This document shows, piece after piece, positions 1 to 12,379 of a stretch of DNA of 64,000 nt (the first letter of the stretch is position 1; each line of letters begins with the position of its first letter). Under the pieces are notes generated by a model, which had not been told where the DNA came from, did no database searches, and saw only the letters and a list, made by a program, of their open reading frames with translations. This stretch comes from Mobula hypostoma (Eukaryota). Both the position numbers and the translations under genes were made by a program. The stretch covers positions 135,906,001-135,970,000 of the forward strand of contig NC_086097.1 of NCBI RefSeq assembly GCF_963921235.1, read 5' to 3'.

Positions 1-600
1 GAATATCGATGTGTGTAACTAGGGGCCGTGCACAATCCGGATTTGATGGGGACAGTCGTGAAAACGCAGAGGAACATCTGGAGTAACTTCTGAAATGCCT
101 GCTTCGCTACCGCTGCTACTGTGCGATCGAGAATCTCCGGAGATGAAGGCCCCAAATCCTCGGCTTTGTGTATCGCCTGTTGCTGGGGCTGGGGTCGAAA
201 GGCTCAGCAGAGATGGTGCTCGGTGCTCGGTGTTGAATAGGTGGTCAGAGGCTCAGAGTTTTTCGGTCGGACTTGGAGTCGGACTGCGGTCGGATGCTTC
301 CGGGATGCTGCTTCGGCAAGTTGGCAGCGCTGGAGGTTTACCGTCTGTGTGAGGTGATGGGACTTTCGAGAGACTCTGTGACTTTTGCTGTGCCATAGTC
401 TGTTCTTATCAAATTACAGTATTGCTTTGCACTGTTGTAACTATATGTTATAATTATGTGGTTTTTGTTAGTTTTTAAGTCGGTTTGTCATGTGTTTTTG
501 TGATATCATTCTGGAAAAACATTTTTATCATTTCTTAATGCATGCATTACTAAATGACAATAAAAGGGGACTGCGTGTCCTCATAATCATAATAATAATA
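1..600 (+). repeat. 3' portion of a non-LTR retroposon (SINE/LINE 3'UTR), truncated by the window start
   Basis: CpG-rich body followed by a T-rich 3'UTR, ACAATAAAA near 558 and a CATAAT/(ATA)n simple-repeat tail ending about 600. Confidence 0.45.
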
Positions 601-2224
601 ATCCAGGAAAAGCAGTAACAGAATGCAGAATAGATGTTACAGATTACAGAGAAAATGCAGTGCAAGGCCATCATAATGTAGATCATGAGTTTAAGCATCC
701 ATCTTATCATACAAGAGGATCATGTAATAGTCTTAATACAGTGGGATAGAAGTTGTCCTTGAGCCTGGTAATACGATGGGTGGAGTAGATGAGGGAACGT
801 CTGGGACAGGACGTGCTGACTGTTTTATGGAGGCAGAGAGCGGTGTAGACAGAGTCTATGGAGGGGAGACTAGTTTCCATGATGTGCTAAGTTCAAAGTT
901 CAAAGCACTTTTATCATCAAAGTATGTATATATACAACCTTGAGATCTGTCTTCTTGCAGGCAGCCGCAAAACAAAGAAACACAATAGAACCCTTTTAAA
1001 AAACCCACATAACAAAGACCGTCAAACACCCAATGTACAAAACAAGCACAACTCATGCAAACAATAAAAAGTAAACAAATGGAACACATAACATTAACCC
1101 CAGAGTCCCTGAAAGTAACTCCACAGCCACAACCTAGTTGAGTGTTGCAGCCAGTCCAGGCCCTGATGGCTGCAGGCCACAGCCACGGACCCAGTTCAGC
1201 ACTGAAGCAAGTAAACCTCTCGGATTGGTGAGCTGCTTCGTCCTTTGCCCTTGGCCTTGACGCCTTGATCTTTTTAATTTGGCTCGGTTCTTAAATTGGA
1301 CAACGTCAATTTGTCTTTTGATCTCGGGCCCGGGCCCCGCCACTTCAACCTAGCCCCAAGTCTGCTCCAGTAATCTCCAAACATTAGTTAATTTTCACTT
1401 TCAGGCCTGAGCCCCGCCACTTTGAAGCAACCCCAAGTCCGTTGCAGCAATGGCTGTTGAGGCCGTAACTGCGTTCTTGAGAGTCCATTTCGCTGAATCT
1501 TTCAGGATATTGTGAAAATGCCAGGACGTACCGAAGATTCAAAAGCCCAGCTCCCAAAGTAAAAATACAGGCCGTGGCATGCAGTAATCGTAGTTCAGAG
1601 AAAGTGAACTAATATAATAGTTAGCAGTTTTGCTTACTGCCTGTAAAGCATCGCTGTGTCTCACTAACACCATCTTTAACAGGACACATTGTTTCTATTG
1701 TGTGAACCTCACCAATCCATCGATTGGGACTTCTCTGATTCACCCCATTCCCCCCCCCCCACAAACCTCACTTGTATATCGTGAGGCTGGAATCAGAGGA
1801 TTGCCGATGGTAGTTTGGAGGACGTCACAGGAAAAGGGTGAATAAATCAGTGGTGGAGTTTGAGACCAAGGGTGGGAACTGAAGTTAACCTGCAGTGTTG
1901 CTAGAGTAGGTGCCAGTGAAATCTGGTGAACTCAGAGAGGGCACCTTACTTCTGCCTGGAGCTAAGTCACTTTTTCCAAGTCTCTGGTGCCACAATCGAT
2001 CCAGCATGGCTTGAATCTACAAGGAGTAGATGCAATGGAACTGGAGTGCTTCTAAGAAGAATAGTGATCATGGCTGGAAAATGAGGAGATCTGGAGGAGT
2101 GGGGGAAGAACCAGAATCAATGGCAATAAAGCAGGAAATGGAGCCAAGATGGTGGGTACTTAGGGTTAGGGTGAATGGTCCAGAAATGGTAGCTATCAAC
2201 CTCTAGACTGGGATAAATCAATTT

Positions 2225-2765
2225 TCAATAAAGTCACGCTCGTGCACAAGGACCTGTATGCACAGGTGCATTGACAAACTTACTTGCAACAGCATCACAG
2301 CCACATAGCACCACATATCCACCATTCACAGGAAAAGAAATATAACTTTAAGCATTAACAGGGCAAATTTTTTTACAAGGAAGGTCATAATTAGAACTAA
2401 ATAAGTCCTTTGCAGTGCAAGGTGATCATGTTTTTCCTGTAACGAGGTGGTAATTAGAGTTGGGCAGATCGGTTCAAGAACCGAATGGTTGAAGGGAAGT
2501 AGCTGTTCTAGAACCTGGTGGCGTGGGACTTCAAAGGTTCTGTACTTCCTGCCCAATGGTAGCTGCAAGAAGGTGGCATGGACCAAATGGTGGGGATCTT
2601 TGAAGATGTGTGTTACTTTTTTGAAACAGCGTCTCATGTCGATACACCGGGGAGGGATGTGCTGTGATATACTGGGAAACAACTACCGATCGTTATTAAT
2701 TGGATGATAATCACAGAGTAGCTGTTCTTTAACCGAATGGTATGGGAGTTTAAGCTTCTGTACTT
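2225..2765 (-). mobile_element. Rex1/Babar-type LINE 3' fragment (degenerate)
   Basis: ORF 2326-2682 reads RRCFKKVTHIFKDPHHLVHATFLQLPLGRKYR, matching the Rex1/Babar C-terminal motif RCxxKAxxIIKDPxHPxHxLFxxLPSGRRYRS. Confidence 0.65.
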
Positions 2766-2879
2766 ACTGCCAATCCTCCAATCAATCTGGATGTAATGAC
2801 CCAGCAGAATAGCCTGATCACTAGCAGATGAATTCCAAGTGTGCTGTCTTCTATTTTAGTAAGAAAAATAATTGCCTGG

Positions 2880-3200
2880 AAGTGAAGAAATTAAATAGGT
2901 TCGAGGAGCAAAGGGATCCTGGAGTGTAAATACACAAATCACTCAGTGTCACCGTGCAGGTTAATAAGTTCATGAAAAAGCAAACAAGGTGGTTGGGTTT
3001 ATTTGTGAAGGGAAGAAATTGAAATAGAGAACTAACACTGAACTTATATCAAGTTCTAGTTAGACCACACTTGGAGTACCCTATAAGGCTCTGTCACCAC
3101 ATTATACAATGGATGCAGACACTCTGGGAAGGGAACAAAATGGATTTCTGTTTCCAGATATGTAAGGCTTCGTCTGATGAAAGTTGTGGCTTTCCCTTGC
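2880..3200 (+). mobile_element. Old CR1 LINE ORF2 fragment
   Basis: Contains GTTAGACCACACTTGGAGTA (VRPHLEY) and AAAGCAAAC...GGGTTTATT, homologous to the post-RT region of the intact CR1 in this window. Confidence 0.6.
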
Positions 3201-3869
3201 AAGAAAAAAGTTGACAGTTGATTAGTGGGACAAAATTAAAACCCATACCACTGAAGGAGAAACTGCAAAGTAACACAAAGGCAAAAGTCTTGTGCTCACT
3301 GGACCAAAGACAGAAAAGGCGAGATATACTCACTGATAGGCAGCATCTGTGGACAGTGGAAGAGCTGGCCCGGATCAGAAGTCGGCCTGCAATAAATCAC
3401 ATAGAAAGTTTAGGAGAAAGCCCTATGTGTAGAGATAATTACAAATGTAGATCACTCCCCCTAGGGTGGAGGTGCTGAGGTGAATATTAGAGATGGGTTT
3501 ACAGGAAACTGGATTAACAAGCACTGGAGGGAGGAATGCCTCAAAGATAAAATGAAGAGGCTCGAGAACATCACTGACTACAAGGTACAAATGACCTGAT
3601 TTTACATTGTACATATTCTTGAAGGACTGACCCATTTTGTACATGCTGGTGGAGGGAAGGAAAAACATACAATATGAATACTATTCAATGAATGTTAACC
3701 AATTAACATTATCAAATTAGTATTACCCAAAGAATGTTACTCAGTGAGTGTTAGCAGTGAGCACTAACAAATGAATGCAAACACATTACTCTGGGAATGT
3801 TATTCATCACATTTTAATCATAAGTGTTTGCAATGAATACTCCAATTAATAGTGATCACTGGCGGTTTC

Positions 3870-4275
3870 CCAATATACTGTATCCTTCCTTCCCATCATC
3901 AGTGGTTCTTACAGCAGACTTTGCCTCAAGAAGGCAAAAACTACATCCTCAAACATCCCCACAATCTGGACCAGGATGTCTCCTCTCAGCTACCACTAGG
4001 AGCTACTTTCCTTCAACAAATTGGTTCTTGAACCAGCCTGCGCAACTTCATCTGGGTCTCACATTAATCAAGAGGAAGGAAGGATAATTAATATTGGGGC
4101 AACACTATGATCACCTTGTACAAAAGTGGATCTGGTTTTATTTATTTTCATTGTGGTCTTGTAAAAATTGTACAAGATTTATTTTCAATTTATGTTTTTC
4201 TGGTAACTGTTGTGTGTCTGATGCTATAATTTTTTTTATTGCACCTGTGTGTACATTGACAATGAACTGATATCA
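3870..4275 (+). mobile_element. Rex1/Babar-type 3' fragment
   Basis: TGCCTCAAGAAGGCA...CTCTCAGCTACCA...AGCTACTTTCCTTCAAC resembles the other Rex1 tails in the window and is followed by a T-rich UTR. Confidence 0.5.
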
Positions 4276-6239
4276 ATAAACATAACCAAAGAATACACAG
4301 CAATAAACGGAGCCCAATCAATATTGTTCAGTGCACGCCAACCAGAAACCACCACTACCATCTTCAATGTAATATGTTGGTTAGTAGGAATTCAATAGGC
4401 AATCCCTGCAGGAAAAGTAGTTAATAATGCTATTGTGCAGATTTCCACACAATGTTTATCTGTTAATAATGCAACGACTAGGCATTATAACAAGGTTGTT
4501 GCAATGCTTTGCTAGTAAGTCACGTCCTTTGGATAAATCATGCTTAAAGGGGCTACAATGAAGGACACTGGGAATAAGGAGACTTTTGAGGTTGATGCAT
4601 TAGGGTGAAGGTTACTTACACTCAATCGGTTTTAAGAATAATAACTCTTCATTATTGTTTGCAGAAGGGAGGAAAGTTAATGAATATTGAGACCCCTATT
4701 GAAGTACAGTTTGGTGGTACTGCATAAATAATACAAATCTTTTGTTTGATTGGCCTCTTGCTTGAAACTGATTGTTTGAATTAGGACTTTAGATGTTGCT
4801 AAGTCATCTCAGGCTGCTACAAGAGAGTATTAATCACTCACCGAGATGATCCTTTCTGCATCGAGTGCTAGACCTAATGTGAGTTTAATGGGCAGCTGAT
4901 GTGTAAATCCAACAGTTTGTTGAAACTGTCAGGGAAGTGGATGGCAAGGTGCCAGACTCATAAGGCAAATGACAAAACAGTACAAGTAGCATCAAGCTTT
5001 GATGCACAATGCCAACAAGTTTAAATTTAACTCTGCACAAAAACAGGTTTCCGTTTTATCAAGAGCAGAAATCTGGTTCAGATAAAATTTCATTGATACA
5101 AAACCACCATAAATAATTGCCTCTGTCAAAATAGGAAGTTGTACAAGTCATCAAACACTTGGAATGGAGTGAGCATAGTTTCTTTGCCTGTCACATTGCC
5201 TTTGAAAGTGAACTGGATATCCTCTTTGCAAATGTTATCCATGGGGGGGGGCAACATCCTCTCTCGGGGTATATTGTTTCTTCTGTGAACACGATCCAAT
5301 TGGGAGTCTTGGTCAGTGCAAGAACTAATCTTCCTTCAAGCCACAGGAAGAAAACATGACCTGCCGTACACTGTATTTTGGTAAGGAGACAGGATTCATT
5401 ACTCTCAATCCAGTCCACGCATTAGATGCCTGATTTTCATTTGCTAATTCTCAAGGGTAGCAGCATATTCATGGCCGTAGCTGGGAGAGCGAGTTGACAT
5501 AAAACATGGTGAGTTGCACCTTCAGTTGGAATTGGCCTAGAAAGAGTTGGGGGTCAAAAGCCAGGGGGTGACAGGTAGTCATGGAAATCAAATTCGAGCA
5601 GACCACAAGGAGCAGTGGTTTGGTAGAAGGTACAAGACCTGGGAGGAAAGCAAGACTTCTTTAAGATCCTTCCACCTTTAAGGAAAGCTAATCCCTAAAT
5701 ATTATATATCTTGTTCAGATGTTTTGCTCATGATTTTTTTTTCGCTTAAAGGGAAATAAAACCTTCTACAGAAGCTTGTTTTTTTGGCCTTGGTCCTGCT
5801 CTGGATCTTCTGTCAGGCATTGGATCTTCTGTCCACTGGAGTACTACAAATTTAGATAAAATAGGACTGAACTTTTAACAGTGACCCCTGAGCAGTTAAC
5901 GCTGTCACCTTACTACTACTGAGTCCTAGGTGATCCAGTTTACTCTCACATCCCAAGATATATAGATTGGCTGGTAACTTTGCCTAGTATAGGAGGAAGG
6001 CCAGAGGAGTTGTGAGGGAGAGAGAAGTTGATAGAATATAAGGAAAACTATAAATCAGAGTACTAGCAAATAGACAGGGATGGGATGTTTGCTTTCTGTA
6101 TGTTACAATGTCTCTGTTCACCCAAAGTCACCAGGAAGTCCTCCCTACGACCTTGAGAAACCAGACAGAGCAGACAGGACTCTGATTTGACAATTGCAAG
6201 AGTCAAAGTCCATCTTTCTGAGTCTCCAGATGCAGCTAC

Positions 6240-6470
6240 TGATGCAATATCAATTACTCCAAAAGACTGGTAGTAAAGTAAATACCGAAAGGCTTTTATT
6301 AACAGTAAATGGACACACATCCATGCTGAATATCTGTCCTGGACTGAGGGAGGAGCAGTGACACAATCTCCTTCATTCAGGGGTCTGTGGGAGGAGCCAC
6401 AGGAGCAGTCAACAGAGGGGCGTGTCCAGACAGGTAACCCAGTTACAACATATACACATGGTTTACCACA
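6240..6470 (-). mobile_element. Solo LTR
   Basis: TG...CA termini, flanked by GCTAC (6235-6239) and GCCAC (6471-6475), a 5-bp TSD with one mismatch. AATAAA on the minus strand near 6295-6300. Confidence 0.65.
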
Positions 6471-6993
6471 GCCACCTTCTATGATTTCCTAAGACAGTTT
6501 TATACTGACCAAATTCATTCAGGTTTCAATCACATTCTCTGCAGCAGACCACAGCTTGGTGAGCAGTGAACAGTGGCAGGGGAAGGCTCACCAGGTTATT
6601 ATGTCTTTGGGGACAGTAATAGCAAATGGTGCTCCTTTTTCTTCAAGGTAGTATTAAAATGAACACAACTCAGATATGTTTAATTTGTTTAGTGCGTTTT
6701 AACTTAGGAAATACATGAGCTCATGCTTGTCTTTTACAAAACTTAATTCAGCAAATTTATTGAAATATCAACCATGTAAAGATTAGCTGCTGGAATCCAG
6801 TTTTATTTTCTATGGTATTGCCCATGACAACCTAAAGAACTTGCCAGGTTTTTTGTACTCCTACAGCAACAATTTCCATTTAAATAGCTCAATTTAAATC
6901 CCTCAAGACCATCAACACATGGGATCCGTAGCACAGAGTTGGAGCACTCCCCCACCCAGTCCATGCTGGTGTTGAAGCTCTATTTGATCCTCC

Positions 6994-7410
6994 CTTCTCC
7001 ATGGATTGTCACCTTGTCATGGTGGAGAAGCTTGTGTGGTCCTGTGATCCCGAGAGAAATGCCCTCTGGAGCTATGCTCCTGGTAGGGTCACCCATGGCG
7101 GTAAGGTCGAGGGTGAGGTCCCAGACAAAGGACAATCCAACCAAGGCCTCAATGGTGGAACAGGCGGACGACGTTACTTTGAACTCAACGGCTCTGAAGC
7201 TGGATGAAGACTGCAAAAAATCCATCAGCTCCAACCATTGTGGTTTCCATGCCATTGGAATCAGTTGGTTAATTTGTGAAGTGTCGTGTGCTTCTTGGAG
7301 TGCAACATCAAGTACAGGTTAAACAAATACACGTACAAGCATCTTCGCTCTGTAGGCCACTTCTTCAGAACAAAGACCACCATTCTTGACCTCGAGGGAT
7401 AGCCATGACA
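6994..7410 (+). mobile_element. Non-autonomous RTE-derived short retroelement (RTE 5'UTR plus tail)
   Basis: 12-bp TSD ATTTGATCCTCC at 6982-6993 and 7411-7422. The 5' part resembles the BovB/Expander-type RTE 5'UTR (CCTTGTC.TGG...GGGTCACCCA...GACAAA). No RT coding sequence. Confidence 0.75.
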
Positions 7411-7619
7411 ATTTGATCCTCCTGTCATGTCTAAGTCTATCAGTGGAACTTACTTTTTCCTTCAGCCCCATTGGCTTGTCCAGCTTCTCTTCAAGTGCAT
7501 CAACACTATTCACCTCAACACTTGCCTCTGGGCGTTAATACCATATTCTTCCCCCTACTCTGGTAAAGTAATTCCTGCTGTGCTACATACTGATAAATTA
7601 TCCAAGTGCAACCAAGCAG

Positions 7620-8640
7620 GCACTGTTAGGAGAGTGCACCAGTACTTTTACTTCTCCAGAAAGTTAAGTAAGTTCAGCATGTCATTTTACAGCGCACGCT
7701 ATCGGAGCAGTGCTGCCAGGATAATCAAGGACACGACCCACCCAGCCAACACACTTTTCGTTCCTCTTCCCTCCGGGAGAAGGTTCAGGAGCTTGAAGAC
7801 TCGTACGGCCAGATTTGGAAACAGCTTCTTTCTAACTGTGATAAGACTGCTGAATGGATCCTGACCCAGATCTGGGCCGTACCCTCCAAATATCTGAACC
7901 TGCCTCTGGGTTTTTTTGCGCTACCTTACTTCCCATTTTTCTATTTTCTATTTATGATTTATAAATTAAATTTTTAATATTTACTAATTTTAACTGTTTT
8001 AAATATTTTTAATATTTAATATTTGTAATCCAGGGAGTGTGAAGTGCAGAATCAAATATCGCTGTGATGATTTTACATTCTAGTACCAATTGTTTGGCGA
8101 CAATAAAGTATCTATCTATCTATCTATCTATCTATTAATTAATTAATTAATTAATTAATTATGTCCCCGATAGCTCCCACTGACTTTTACAGATGCACCT
8201 TACAAAGAATCCAATCCGGACATGTTACAGCTTTGTGTGGCAACCAAGTGCAAGAAACTGCAGAGAGTTGTGGACACGGCTCAGCAAATCACAGAAACCG
8301 GCCTACCCTGCGTGGACTCTGTCTGCACTTCCCATTGTCTTGTGAAAGCAGCCAACATAATTGAGGACCCCACTGGCCTCAACCATTCTCACTTCTCCCC
8401 ACTCCCATCAAGCAGAAGATACAAAAGCTTGACAACATATACAACATGCTTAAGGACAGCTTCTATCTCACTTTATAGGACACGTAAATGGATCTCTTGT
8501 ACATTAATGGTGACCTCTTGACCTCACCATTTACTTCATTATGACCTTTGCACTTAATGAACTACTTGCACTGCAGTTTCCTGTGACTGTAACACAATAT
8601 TCTGCATTTTATTATTGTTTGTCCCTTTACCCAGCCTTGA
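7620..8640 (+). mobile_element. Rex1/Babar LINE 3' fragment containing a younger Rex1-type 3' insertion (7684-8160)
   Basis: ORFs 7427-7864 (IIKDTTHPANTLFVPLPSGRRFRSLKTRTARFGNSFF) and 8222-8521 (KKLQRVVDTAQQIT...LPSSRRYKSL). The inner copy ends in (TATC)n(TAAT)n and has ATGTC duplicated at 7679-7683 and 8161-8165. Confidence 0.7.
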
Positions 8641-8651
8641 TGTACTTATCA

Positions 8652-8810
8652 CAAACACAAGAAAATCTGCAGATGCTAGAATTCCAAAGCAAAACACACA
8701 GAATGCTGGAGGAACTCAGCAGGCCAGGCAGCATCTATAGAAAAGAGTAAACAGTCGAGGTTTCGGGCTGAGATCCTTCTTTAGGATGGAGAGGGAAGGG
8801 GGGAGATACT
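8652..8810 (-). mobile_element. Penelope-like element 3' tail with decayed hammerhead motif
   Basis: ATCTGCAGATGCT...CAGCAGGCCAGGCAGCATCTAT...CAGTCGAGGTTTCGGGCTGAGATCCTTC, homologous to the tail of the PLE at 28220-30526. Confidence 0.7.
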
Positions 8811-10087
8811 TGTTTTGAAAGGATCTGAATGGAGGGCATGCAACACAATGCTTTTTGCTGTGACAATAATAAGCCAATACCAATTACAAATATTGGATTT
8901 CTTGGTGGCCATCATGGGTGGCTCTGCCCTTCCCCAACAGCAGAAACGTTTTCTCTGCATCCACTTTGTCAAAAACCCTTTGCTGTTTTAACGTTCACCA
9001 TTAGCTCACCCCTTCAATCTTCCTTCACAAAAGGGACAAGACACTGTCTTCTCACCCTCTCCTACTGTGTATGTGCACCAGGTATCACCTGTTGAGCTAG
9101 ACTGAGGCTGAGCTGTTGCATTAACACACCTACCTGCCTGCCTTGATTCTGAATCCTTCCATTCCCAATCCTGAACAAACGTCTATTAATCCTGCTGTTG
9201 AATTCCATCATTTCCGCAAATTAGGGAAGCTGTGCAGCTGCAAGGAAACCAGTGAATGCCCTGTGCATCCTCCCAGTCCCTCTGGTTCTGCTGAGGAACT
9301 CTGTGATAGGAAGAGCTTTGTACTCTGTGAGCACAGAGGATAGCAGGGCTTTGCCTCAGGAAGGACTGGCACCTTCAAACGCTCCTGTCTTCAATTTCCA
9401 CAGTGCTCCTAGCTTTATCAAACACACGTGCAACTGATCAATCTTGCTCGCAACCAAAACATCACCATATGGGTACTTAAAAGATGAGCAGTACGAAGGA
9501 GACCCAAACAGTCTTTTATGTTGTTTGTTTTGGTGGAGGAACTAACTGTGGTTCTTCCTCTATCAGGAAGCAATCTAAATGTGAAGTAGCCAATAATAGA
9601 GAGGGAGCTTTCTGAAGGATACCTTTGTGGCCAATCGTGTTATGGTTGCCACTTGCAGAGGAAACAGAATGATGGAGGTCTTATTTATTTTCCTAATGTC
9701 AGGACTGTGCCTGAATGAAAAAAACAGGGAAGGTATGAATGAGATAGCTGACACGATGGAAAGGATAAGTGCCCGCAGATCCGAGATACGTATAGAAGTC
9801 AGGAGGTTGGTGGACGTTGTGAGAGAAGGAAGGGGTTAAAATGTTCCACAGGCCTCTCAGCTTAATTAGTTAAGCCAGCAGCAAATTCTATGATCAATAC
9901 CTGATTTAAATACTTTACTTCTTGCATGACTAGTGTAACATTCATAAACTAAGTTGAGATAGTCATCAGGAGAGTTTGGACAGGGCTCGTACGTGCTGGA
10001 GCTTTAGAAGAGCAAGAGAGATGAGTAAGCTTATAGAGTACAATGGTGCACTGACAGATTGCAGATTGCATGTATGTACACGCATGA

Positions 10088-10172
10088 GTGCGTGCGTGTG
10101 TGTGTGTGTGCGTGCGTGCGTGTGTGTGCGTGTGTGTGTGCGTGCGTGTGTGTGTGCGTGCGCGTGTGTGTG

Positions 10173-10224
<52 letters not shown>

Positions 10225-10268
10225 CGTGTGTGTGTGTGCACATGTGTGGGCGTGTGTGCGTGTGTGCG
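10088..10268. repeat. Compound (TG)n/(CG) microsatellite
   Basis: About 180 bp of almost continuous alternating purine-pyrimidine sequence. Confidence 0.95.
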
Positions 10269-10811
10269 TTGTGTGAAGACGATGTTGCCTTGTGTGTGAA
10301 GAATCTAGAATTAGGAATCCAAATTGGAGAAAACTGACATTATTTTTCTCAAAGGGCTGTTAACCTTTGGAACTCTCCTTCAAAGGGTGGTGGGTAATGT
10401 GGGTAATCATATGGATTCACTTGTTATGCTGCACAATTCTTTAAAGTTTCTTCTCTACAGTGGACTTCCATTTATTCCAGTCACATTCATGTCATCTCAA
10501 GGTTCTTTACAGTTGTTCAGTTTATTGTCATGTACACAAGTTTGGTAAAATTAAAAACCTGTTTCCAGCAGCTTCAGAGGCACGGAGGCTCAGAAAACAC
10601 ACAGAACATAAATTAAACGTAAGTTATATCAACCACTGAAGAACTAAAAAGACCGTGAAAAACAAAACTTCAGTGAAAAAAAATCGCAAACAGATTCCAT
10701 AGTAATCCATGGTCATGCAAAAATGTGGTCCATATTGTTGTGATGCCGAGGTAGGGTTAGGATTGTGCAGGTCAGCTCAGGAACCTGAATGTTGTGAAAA
10801 AGTAGCTGATA

Positions 10812-11152
10812 GAACACAACATAGAACATAGAACAGTACAGCACAGTACAGGCCCTTCAGCCCACAATGTTGTGCCGACCCTCAAACCCTGCATCCCAAA
10901 TAAGCCCCCACTTTAGATTCCTCCATATACCTGTCTAGTAGTCTCTTAAACTTCACTAGTGTATCTGCCTCCACCACTGACTCAGGCAGTGCATTCCACG
11001 CACCAACCACTCTCTGAGTAAAAAACCTTCCTCTAATATCCCCCTTGAACTTCCCACCCCTTACCTTAAAGTCATGTCCTCTTGTATTGAGCAGTGGTGC
11101 CCTGGGGAAGAGGCGCTGGCTATCCACTCTATCTATTCCTCTTATTATCTTG
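10812..11152 (-). mobile_element. CR1 LINE 3' end nested in a Rex1 fragment (about 10500-11300)
   Basis: ORF 10882-11349 is a chimera of Rex1 (HALFSLLLSSRSYRSL) and CR1 (KIIRGIDRVD...TRGHDFK...FFTQRVVGAWNALP). (CATAGAA)n tail on the + strand near 10820. Confidence 0.8.
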
Positions 11153-11474
11153 ATCCTCAACCTTGTGTTGTAGGACTTCAGGCTTCTGTAGCTCCTGCTT
11201 GATAGTAGCAGTGAGAAGAGTGCATGGCCAGATTGGTGGAGATCTGAGATGATAGATGCCACCTTCATAAGGTAGCGTCTGCTGTAGTTGCTTTCCATGC
11301 AGCTACATGGCTGTAGAGCTGTCAATGAGCAACACTGCATCACTGCCACTGAAGATGCAACGAGGGTAGTGAGCTGCTTTGGAGCAGTTTGAGGAAGTTA
11401 GCTGGTGAAATGCAGTGGCTGAGTTTGGGGTTAAGGTGGTCAGAGAATTTCAATGAGGTATTGGTGAACTGTGA

Positions 11475-12035
11475 CCCGGCTGATGGTGTAGCAGCATCAG
11501 CGCTGGACTTCGGGATGGAAGGTCCTGAGTTCGAATCCAGCTGGCTCCCCTGCAGGCTTCCCATCCATGCTGGGTTATGAGCTGGTGATCTCTTTGGAAG
11601 CTCACCCGGCAGAAGGCAATGGCAAACCACTTTTGTAACTTGCCTCGTAGGCGGTTCCTCACTACGTCAGAGAGATTAATTAAAGTCTGTCACGAGACTT
11701 GTGGCCCATCAGACCGGTTCTTATGTCGGTTTCAGTGGCGTGAAGCGACTGAGAGAACGAGACTCCTCCCCCCCACCCCCGGATAGGATGCCAGTCTATG
11801 GTGAGGTTGACTCCCAGCATTTTTGCCATTCTCAGTTGGGTAGACTGGAGCACTGTGTGGTTAAGTGCCTTGCTCTAGGACACACACGCTGCCTTGGCCG
11901 AGGCTTGAACCCATGACTTTCAGATCACTAGTCCAATGCCCTAACCACTTGGCCATGTGCCACACATGTCGGAGAGGCATGGAGGGAAATCTTCCGCTAA
12001 CCGGAGAAACTCCGGATGTGACGTACCTTTCCTTT
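11475..12035 (+). mobile_element. tRNA-derived SINE with RTE-related body, interrupted by a second SINE
   Basis: A-box-like TGGTGTAGCAG and B-box GAGTTCGAATCC (about 11527-11538), followed by the RTE/BovB-type motif GAAGGCAATGGCAAACCAC. Confidence 0.65.
11675..11967 (-). mobile_element. tRNA-derived CORE-like SINE (nested)
   Basis: Minus-strand head TGGCCAAGTGGTTAGGGC...GGGTTCAAGCC and CORE-like GTGTCCTAGAGCAAGGCACTTAACC. TSD GTCAGAGAG (11666-11674) / GTCGGAGAG (11968-11976). Confidence 0.7.
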
Positions 12036-12379
12036 TATTAGTGAACTAAGGAAAAGAACTGGAGGTTTGAAGGGCAGTCAAGGACGAACAGCCGGGGAAG
12101 TTTGGTTGAGAAGGAGCATAAGTTTAGAAGTGAAGTTGTGTGAGATTGGGGAAAAGGAGAAGGAAGCTTCTCTACCCCCAGAAAGCAATCACACGGAAAG
12201 AAAAGCAGGGAAGTGTTCTGGTATTTGCCAAGGCGCAGGAGGTCATGGAGAAAGTTGGAGACAGCTTTTGTGGACTTTATGCACCAGTTTTAAAAAAGGA
12301 GTGGGACCTGTTGGGACTTGTCTGCGGAGCAGGAGATTGCTTAGGTGTTAGTAAATTAAGAAGGAACAATAAAAAGAAG

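Noticed and set aside
9966..10337. Several ORFs rich in HT or CV dipeptides
   Set aside because: They are translations of the (TG)n microsatellite, not genes.
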